A stretch of 64,000 nucleotides of DNA, taken from contig CAVSYN010000034.1 in the NCBI GenBank assembly GCA_963732115.1, forward strand, positions 362,354 through 426,353, in the 5' to 3' direction. Positions 45,501 to 52,724 of this stretch are shown here, piece by piece; position 1 is the first letter of the stretch; each line of letters begins with the position of its first letter. This DNA is from an uncultured Bacteroidales bacterium. GTDB taxonomy: Bacteria; Bacteroidota; Bacteroidia; Bacteroidales; VadinHA17. Under the pieces are notes generated by a model that was given only the letters and a program-made list of their open reading frames with translations, made no database searches and had not been told where the DNA came from. The position numbers and the translations under genes are program-made.

Positions 45501-46834
45501 ATATGAACCAGACCATAATCAATATTTTGTTCTATTCCTTTACAGCAATTTTGTTCATTGCTGTAATCGCATTGTATCTGCGCAGAAAAGAAAGGCAATC
45601 CAGAATTACAGATGAAAAAATAAAAAAAGCCATTGAAGAAGGGCTTCATGAACCTATTTCCCTTCATCCATATGTCGATGTGAACAGATGCATGGGCACA
45701 GGCGCATGCGTTAAAGCCTGTCCTGAGAAGGATATACTCGGAATGAAGCATGGAAAAGCGATGGTGATAAACGCTTCGAGGTGTATTGGTCATGGAGCCT
45801 GTTTCCATGCATGCCCGACTGAAGCTATTACCTTACGGATCGGCACTGAGAAACGGGGTGTGGATCTGCCTCATGTGAGTAGAACATTTGAAACAAATGT
45901 TCCCGGGATATACATTGCAGGTGAGCTTGGAGGAATGGGTCTTATCAGAAACGCTGTTGAACAGGGAAAGCAGGCAGCTGAGAATATTATCAATTCAATT
46001 AAAAAGGATCACAAGGCTGATTATGATCTTGTTATCGTTGGGGCCGGCCCGGCGGGTATTTCGGCATCACTGGCAGCAAAAAAACACGGTATCAGGTTCC
46101 TGCTGCTTGAGCAGGATACTCTTGGCGGGACCGTTTTCACATATCCCCGGACAAAGGTGATAATGACTGCTCCGATGGATCTGCCGCTTATGGGCAAAGT
46201 AAAGCTTAGTGAGACAAGTAAACCGGTATTGCTTAATCTGTGGCAGACTGTACTTTCGAAATATGATATTGCTATTCGTGAAAACTGCAAAGTTGAATCA
46301 ATTGAACGCTCAGATAGTAACTTTGATGTAATTACGGCTGACGGTCAGCACTTCAATACGGCTTTTATTCTCCTGTCAACAGGAAGACGCGGGAGTCCGA
46401 GAAAGCTTAATGTGCCCGGGGAAGAGAAAGAAAAAGTTGCTTACAGACTCCTGGAACCGGAGGAGATCACAGGAAAAAATATTCTGATTGTGGGAGGCGG
46501 TGACTCAGCAATTGAATCTGCGCTGCTCCTTGCTGAGCAGAACCATGTCACAATTTCATACAGGAACGAAGTATTTAACAGGATTAAGCCCCTTAACAGC
46601 GTTGCCCTTAATAAAGCTCTTGCAGCAGGTAAGCTGGAAGTCAGGTTTAATACCAGCCTTGATAAAATAGAAGATGATTGCATAACCCTTTCAACTGCAA
46701 CTGAAGGACATAATTTGAGATTAAGCAATGACCTGGTATTTATTTTTGCAGGAGGGGAACTGCCGACTCAATTCCTTGAAAAAACCGGTATAAAAATTAC
46801 AAGGAAATTCGGGGAGACAATATTAAAGCACTAA
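45488..46834 (+). CDS. membrane-anchored ferredoxin-domain + FAD/NAD(P)-binding (TrxR/FNR-like) oxidoreductase
   Basis: 448-aa ORF whose start overlaps the upstream stop. It has an N-terminal TM segment (IINILFYSFTAILFIAVIALYL) and two Fe-S motifs, CMGTGACVKACP and CIGHGACFHACP. VIVGAGPAGISASLAAKKHG and ILIVGGGDSAIESALLLAE are Rossmann motifs. No CxxC redox disulfide was seen. Confidence 0.85.
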   Translation: MDFLNMNQTIINILFYSFTAILFIAVIALYLRRKERQSRITDEKIKKAIEEGLHEPISLHPYVDVNRCMGTGACVKACPEKDILGMKHGKAMVINASRCIGHGACFHACPTEAITLRIGTEKRGVDLPHVSRTFETNVPGIYIAGELGGMGLIRNAVEQGKQAAENIINSIKKDHKADYDLVIVGAGPAGISASLAAKKHGIRFLLLEQDTLGGTVFTYPRTKVIMTAPMDLPLMGKVKLSETSKPVLLNLWQTVLSKYDIAIRENCKVESIERSDSNFDVITADGQHFNTAFILLSTGRRGSPRKLNVPGEEKEKVAYRLLEPEEITGKNILIVGGGDSAIESALLLAEQNHVTISYRNEVFNRIKPLNSVALNKALAAGKLEVRFNTSLDKIEDDCITLSTATEGHNLRLSNDLVFIFAGGELPTQFLEKTGIKITRKFGETILKH

Positions 46835-46835
46835 A

Positions 46836-46866
46836 GGCAACAGGCAACAGGCAGCAGGCGACAGGG
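46836..46866. repeat. heptamer tandem tract (GGCAACA)2-GGCAGCA-GGCGACA-GGG
   Basis: Read directly at 46836-46866, between the oxidoreductase stop (46834) and the cytochrome start (46869/46896). Confidence 0.8.
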
Positions 46867-46868
46867 AA

Positions 46869-48494
46869 TTGATAGAATTGGAGCTTTTACAGGTTATGAC
46901 TAAAGGTAATATAAAACTGATCGGAATTGTTCTTGGCATCATTCTGATGTGCAGGGGTGGGTATGCCCAGATCTCGCCCGGTGATCTGTCGAAGGACCAT
47001 GAATTTCTTGAAGGGATATCGAACTGCACCAGATGTCATATTCTTGGAAATAAGATAACCGGCGAAAAATGCCTTGACTGCCATACCGAAATAAGGGAAA
47101 GGATTTCAGCTGGAAAGGGATATCATTCCTCTTCAGTAGTACAAGCGAAACAATGTATTGAGTGCCATAGTGATCATCATGGGAAAAACTTCCAGCTGGT
47201 AAGGATGAATCATTCAGAGTTTGATCATAAACTCACGGGCTTCGCCCTGTCAACTCCGCATTCCAGGCTGCAATGCCTGGATTGCCATAACGCAAAGTTC
47301 ATCACGGGTCAGAAAATAGCCGGGAAAAAATTCACCTACATGGGGGTGAAACCAGAATGCCTTACATGTCATGCCGATTATCATCTCAACACTCTTTCAG
47401 CTTCATGCCTTAATTGTCATGGGTCAGAAACCTTTAAGACGGTTCCTGCTTTCAGCCATGAAGATGCCCGTTTTAAGCTGGCAGGCAAACATAAGAACGT
47501 TGAGTGTGTCAAATGTCACAATTTTGAAACCATAAACGGGAATAAATTCCAGGAATTCCGCGGAGTGGCTTATGCTTCATGCACCGACTGTCATAAGGAT
47601 CCTCATCAGAACAAGTTCGGCCAGAACTGTCGCCAATGCCATAGCGAAGTCTCATTCACGACCATAAAGGGAATATCGAATTTTGATCATAATAAAACAA
47701 ACTTTCCTCTTGTTGATAAACATCTTGCCGTCGATTGCAAGTCATGCCACAAAATGAATCTTACAGATCCGCTTAAACATGATCGATGCACTGATTGTCA
47801 TTCAGATTACCATAAAGGCCAGTTTGCGAGAAACGGGATCCTCACTGATTGTTCCGAATGCCACAGTGTGAAAGGCTTTACAACTTTTTCCTACACTCTT
47901 GAGCAGCATAACCTTAGCTCCTTCCCGCTGAGGGGAGCACACTCAGCACAACCATGTTCAGAATGTCACAAAAAACAGGCAATGTGGTCATTTAAAGGGA
48001 TCGGAAAAGAGTGCATTGATTGTCACGATGATATCCATAAAACCTTTATCAGCACAAAGTACTATCCTGACGGGAATTGCAGGACCTGCCATACTGAATC
48101 AGCCTGGAGCGATGTCTCTTTTGATCATTCAAAAACCAGCTTCTCCCTGACAGGGGAGCATGCCAATCAGCGTTGTACCATCTGCCATATTACGCGAACA
48201 GCAGGTGCAGTTATTACGCAGCGTTTCGCGGATCTCCCGACAGATTGTTCTGCCTGTCACAGCGATAACCATCAGGGCCAGTTTAAAAACAACGCTGGAG
48301 AAAACTGCACCGATTGTCATGTAACGGAAAACTGGAAACCCTCAAGGTTCGACCATAACAAGACCGCCTTCAGGCTTGACGGGGAACATGTGAAAGTTTC
48401 CTGCACCGGGTGCCACAAACCTCAGCAAAACGGATCTGTCACCTACACACTCTATAAAATAAAAGACTACCAATGCGAATCCTGTCACTTTTAA
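46869..48494 (+). CDS. secreted multihaem cytochrome c, 20 CXXCH motifs
   Basis: 541-aa ORF, probable ATG 46896 (MTKGNIKLIGIVLGIILMCRGGYAQ signal peptide). I counted 20 CXXCH motifs, from CTRCH to the C-terminal CESCHF. It has repeated F(D/S)H..T.F.L.G.H....C..CH units of the doubled-CXXCH type. Confidence 0.9.
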   Translation: MIELELLQVMTKGNIKLIGIVLGIILMCRGGYAQISPGDLSKDHEFLEGISNCTRCHILGNKITGEKCLDCHTEIRERISAGKGYHSSSVVQAKQCIECHSDHHGKNFQLVRMNHSEFDHKLTGFALSTPHSRLQCLDCHNAKFITGQKIAGKKFTYMGVKPECLTCHADYHLNTLSASCLNCHGSETFKTVPAFSHEDARFKLAGKHKNVECVKCHNFETINGNKFQEFRGVAYASCTDCHKDPHQNKFGQNCRQCHSEVSFTTIKGISNFDHNKTNFPLVDKHLAVDCKSCHKMNLTDPLKHDRCTDCHSDYHKGQFARNGILTDCSECHSVKGFTTFSYTLEQHNLSSFPLRGAHSAQPCSECHKKQAMWSFKGIGKECIDCHDDIHKTFISTKYYPDGNCRTCHTESAWSDVSFDHSKTSFSLTGEHANQRCTICHITRTAGAVITQRFADLPTDCSACHSDNHQGQFKNNAGENCTDCHVTENWKPSRFDHNKTAFRLDGEHVKVSCTGCHKPQQNGSVTYTLYKIKDYQCESCHF

Positions 48495-49684
48495 TATTAT
48501 CCATGCTTTTGATTGCAGCATATCAGAGGGTCCAGTCGCCTCACGGACCCGATTTTAAGGTAAGCTGTAAAACCTGCCATAGCACAAAGGGATGGCAGCT
48601 TGATAAGGAAATATATTCATTCGATCATAACAGGACAAAACTCCCGCTTTCGGGACAGCACACAAGCCTGAACTGCAAGGAGTGTCATCCTACTCTTGTG
48701 TTTTCACAGGCAAAATCAAGCTGCAGCGATTGCCATCATGATGTTCATCAAACAACTGTAGGGAATGACTGCGCCCGATGCCATACTCCGGTTTCATGGC
48801 TTGTCAGTAATATTACGGAAATTCATCAGATGAGCAGGTTCCCGCTGCTGGGGCCACACAGGACGGCCGATTGTGTCCAGTGCCATAGATCAGAGAATCC
48901 GGTCCGGTTTGATGTTCTTGGGATTAATTGTATTGATTGTCATAGAAGTAACTTTCTGGCAACCACAAATCCAAATCATGCCCAGGCCGGATTTTCGCAG
49001 GATTGTTCTTCATGCCATCTGGTTAATTCGTTTCAATGGGCCGGAGCAGGATTTGATCATTCGTTTTTCCCACTTGTGCTGGGACATTCTGTACCAAAAT
49101 GCGCTGATTGTCATACTACCGGAAATTACAGGGATGCAAAAACCGATTGCTATTCGTGTCATCAGCAGAATTATCTGGGGACCACAAACCCCGATCACAA
49201 CGCTTCAAAATTCTCAACAAACTGTCTGGATTGCCATTCTCTTAACCCTGGCTGGAAACCTGCAACTTTCGATCACAGTGCTTTTCCGCTTACACTCGGA
49301 CATGCGTCAGTAGCCTGCACTTCATGCCACCTAAATGGCAATTATTCCACAACCTCTCCTGAGTGTGCTTCCTGTCACCTGACTGACTATACAAATACTG
49401 CTAATCCGGGTCATGTATCTCTCAATTTCTCACATACCTGCACCGATTGCCATACTACTACCCCCGGGTGGAAACCAGCTGCATACAAGCAGCATGATTC
49501 ACAATTCTTTCCGATATATTCCGGTTCGCACAACGGCAAGTGGAAAAATTGTACGGATTGCCATACGAATTCAGCCAGCTACGCTCAGTTCAACTGTATT
49601 ATCTGCCATGCTAATGCTCACAGGGGCAGTAATTATACAAATGCACAATGTTATCAATGCCATCCTACAGGAAGGGGTGATTAA
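48473..49684 (+). CDS. secreted multihaem cytochrome c, 16 CXXCH motifs
   Basis: 403-aa ORF whose ATG overlaps the upstream stop by 22 nt. It has the signal peptide MRILSLLILSMLLIAAYQ and 16 CXXCH motifs by my count. Units of the FDH..FPL.LGH....C..CH type alternate with TNP.H......C..CH units. Confidence 0.9.
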   Translation: MRILSLLILSMLLIAAYQRVQSPHGPDFKVSCKTCHSTKGWQLDKEIYSFDHNRTKLPLSGQHTSLNCKECHPTLVFSQAKSSCSDCHHDVHQTTVGNDCARCHTPVSWLVSNITEIHQMSRFPLLGPHRTADCVQCHRSENPVRFDVLGINCIDCHRSNFLATTNPNHAQAGFSQDCSSCHLVNSFQWAGAGFDHSFFPLVLGHSVPKCADCHTTGNYRDAKTDCYSCHQQNYLGTTNPDHNASKFSTNCLDCHSLNPGWKPATFDHSAFPLTLGHASVACTSCHLNGNYSTTSPECASCHLTDYTNTANPGHVSLNFSHTCTDCHTTTPGWKPAAYKQHDSQFFPIYSGSHNGKWKNCTDCHTNSASYAQFNCIICHANAHRGSNYTNAQCYQCHPTGRGD

Positions 49685-49692
49685 AACATAAT

Positions 49693-51329
49693 ATGAAAAA
49701 TCTGGTATTTATAATCTGCTTTATTCTGTCCTTTAGCAAACCTCTCCAGGGACAGCCTGCTTCCCGGAATATTACCGGTCAGGTTTCTTTCATTTCTTCA
49801 CAGAATATTTATGTAAGGTTCGGGAACACGTCAGGAATAAGTGTTCATGATACACTTTATATTTCATCAGGCGATAAACTGGTACCAGTCCTGGTTGTAA
49901 ACAGCCTTTCTACCACCTCCTGCCTTTGCACAGCCATTTCAGGAGAAGATCTCCCTGTCGGTCATGTAATTATCGCGAAAAAAAATCCTTTAATTGCAGC
50001 GAAGGAAGAGAAGACCCTCGAAGATGTTAAAAAGGAAACTCCTGTCCCTGTCCAGGAAAATAAACCTGTTTCCGGAACAACTAGCTTAATAACTTCAGGC
50101 TCAAAGAATGCGAGTGTCCCATCTAAACAGCGAATAAGCGGGAGCATATCAGCTGCTTCATATTCAGATTTTTCTAATACAACCGGCGCTGATGTCCAGC
50201 GATTTCGTTATACCCTGTCAGTCGATGCCAAAGATATAGCTGACTCGCACTTTTCGGCTGAGACATACATTTCATTCAGGCATAAATCAGGCAACTGGAG
50301 CGAAGTCAGGAGTGATATTTTCAATGCGCTGAAAATATACAGTCTGGCAGTTAAGTATGATATTGACAGCACGACTCATTTAAGCCTTGGCCGCCAGATT
50401 AACCCGAGAATTTCGAGTATCGGATCCTTTGACGGACTCCAGGTTGAAAAGTCAATAAAAAGGTTTACGGCAGGCCTGATTGGCGGTTCCCGACCGGATT
50501 ACCTGAATTTCGGATTTGACCCAAAACTTCTGCAGTTTGGAGGATACCTGTCATATGATATCGTTAACGACCGGGTATATTCAGGGACATCTCTGGCTTT
50601 CATGGAACAGCTTAATTCAGGAAAAACCGACAGAAGATTCCTCTATATTCAGCATTCAGGTTCGCCTGTCAAGAATCTTAATGTATTCAGCTCGTTTGAA
50701 ATTGATCTTTTCAAAATAAAAAATAATAAACCCGCCTCCGAATTCGACCTCACTTCTCTTTACATGTCAATGAATTACAGGTTGTTTAACGGATTCACTA
50801 TTGGAGGCTCCTATGATGCCAGAAAGAATCCGGTATATTATGAAACTTTTAAATCACTTATTGATTCATTGGTGGAAAACGGATTTCGGCAGAGTTACCG
50901 GTTACACACCAATATACGTATAGCAAATTCATTTGTTCTTGGCTTGCAATCGTCCTGGCGCTTTCAGAAAACAGACCTTCATCAGTCAAAAAACCTCTCT
51001 GGATATTTCAGCTACAACCATCCGGTAAGAACTATTTCTCAGCAACGCTTTCAGGAAATTATATCGAAACTGCTTATTTAAAAGGGATGACAGCGGGGAT
51101 TACGATCCTGAACAGCCTGGTGTCAGGGAAGATTCAGACAAGTGTTGGTTACAGTTATCAGGATTACAAGCTTTCCGAAAGCAGTCAGAAAATTATTCAG
51201 CATACCGGCAAAGCTGACCTGTACTGCCAGGTAGCAAAGAAGACATTTCTTTCTGTTAATTACGAAATCACCTTTGAGCCAAACAGGACATATAACCGCC
51301 TTTACCTTCAGGCTATTAAACGCTTCTAA
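49693..51329 (+). pseudogene. outer-membrane beta-barrel-like protein (porin candidate of the cytochrome cluster), one apparent frameshift
   Basis: ORF 49693-51081 has the signal peptide MKNLVFIICFILSFSKPLQGQ, a small N-terminal domain, a low-complexity linker and then alternating-hydrophobicity segments. ORF 51087-51329 ends ..YNRLYLQAIKRF. A 1-nt shift at ~51015-51026 joins them: ..YFSYN..GKNYFSATLSGNYIETAYLKGMTAGITILN... The joined product would be ~545 aa with a terminal Phe. Confidence 0.6.
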
Positions 51330-51410
51330 AGCGATGTCTTAAGATATACAGGGGATTGCAGAGCTTTTCCACAAGTACACTTTGGCCTAAAAATAAATTG
51401 TGGAATCCAG

Positions 51411-52724
51411 TTATTTCATATTATCATATTTCGCCTGAAAACGCCTGTATAGTTGCTTATGCTTATTATCAAGACTTATATTTCTCCCGGTAATAAACGC
51501 CAGTTCAACGTTGTTGGTCCTCATGTCCAGAAGATCACCGGTGGACACAACAATATTTGCATCTTTTCCTGTTTCGAGCGAGCCTGTTATATCATCAATT
51601 CCCAGAATTTTTGCCGTATTGAGGGTTACTGTCTGCAGCGCTTCCTCTTTTGTCAGTCCATAAGCTGCTGTTTCTCCTGCTGCAAATGGAAGGTTGCCAT
51701 ACGCCTGGCTCGAATAGGTCAGACCCACAAGTATCCCCTCCTTGTGAAACATTGATGCCAGCTTGAATGGCTCCTTTATATCGCTGTAATCATATTTGGG
51801 AAGACTCAGCGGATTGTCCAGCAGCACAGCAATATTGTTTTCCTTGAGGAAATCTTTCAGATCCCAGGCTGATTCATCAGCTTCGGTCAGAACAATTTTT
51901 TTAACGCCATACCTCTTTGCGAATAATACAGCCTCCATGATCCCTTTGGCTTCCGGGGCGGTCAGGAAGAGTGTTTTGGTTCCGTTAAAGAGCCCTTTCA
52001 TTGCTTCAAGCCTGAGGTTGAAATCAACCGGTTTTTCGAGGGTGGCATAGGCTACTGCATCTGTGAAGATCTTCTCAAGAAGCTCGACATTTTTGTCGTA
52101 AGTGTTTGATCCTGTTTGCGGAATGGCGAACATTGCCCCTCTCCTTCCAGCCGGAGCGCTTTTCCTGGGCCAGCCAAGCATCAGACCGTTATCTGGTCTG
52201 TAAGCTGCATCTTTCCAGTTCCAGGCATCAAGCTGAACGATACTTGCGGTTCCGGGAAGCAATGTGCCTGCAGGCACAATCTGGGCAAGCAGAATCCCGT
52301 TCGACCTTATGACAGGAATTACATGTGAATCGGTGTTGTAGGCAGCAATTGCCCTTACATCAGGATTGAGATCCCCTGTTTCCCTTGAATCGTTTGCCAC
52401 ATCCACTCCACCTCCGATCTCTATCAGTCCAAGGGAAGTATTCGGAAAAATAAGCCCCGGATAAACCTGTTTTCCAGTAACATCAATGACTTCATAACCC
52501 GATTTGTCAAGCTTGCTTTCAGTGACTTTTCCTACCCAGGTAATCTTACCGGCCGAAAATGCAATAAGTCCGTTTTCTATTACTTCTCCTGTTCCTGTAT
52601 GAATTGTTCCGCCTGTAAGGATTACCGGTTTTTTCTGGGCCGGAGCAACAACAGGGTTCTGAGCCGGTGCCTGAATAACCAGGGCAGCCAGCACCATAAT
52701 TGAAAATACAGTTTTTGTTCTCAT
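51411..52724 (-). CDS. secreted amidohydrolase-family protein (~437 aa member of a conserved pair)
   Basis: It has the signal peptide MRTKTVFSIMVLAALVIQAPAQ. Other features are ..GGTIHTGTG.., ..PGLIFPNTSLGLIEIGGG.. and the C-terminal ..GSLETGKDANIVVSTGDLLD... This is the amidohydrolase superfamily pattern. Confidence 0.8.
   Translation of the reverse strand: MRTKTVFSIMVLAALVIQAPAQNPVVAPAQKKPVILTGGTIHTGTGEVIENGLIAFSAGKITWVGKVTESKLDKSGYEVIDVTGKQVYPGLIFPNTSLGLIEIGGGVDVANDSRETGDLNPDVRAIAAYNTDSHVIPVIRSNGILLAQIVPAGTLLPGTASIVQLDAWNWKDAAYRPDNGLMLGWPRKSAPAGRRGAMFAIPQTGSNTYDKNVELLEKIFTDAVAYATLEKPVDFNLRLEAMKGLFNGTKTLFLTAPEAKGIMEAVLFAKRYGVKKIVLTEADESAWDLKDFLKENNIAVLLDNPLSLPKYDYSDIKEPFKLASMFHKEGILVGLTYSSQAYGNLPFAAGETAAYGLTKEEALQTVTLNTAKILGIDDITGSLETGKDANIVVSTGDLLDMRTNNVELAFITGRNISLDNKHKQLYRRFQAKYDNMK

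Noticed and set aside
48873-49691. Alternative-frame ORFs inside the cytochrome genes (48873-49313, 49413-49691, 48129-48320, 49010-49198)
   Set aside because: They overlap frames that encode regularly spaced CXXCH motifs. The alternative frames show no motifs and arise from the repetitive codon content.
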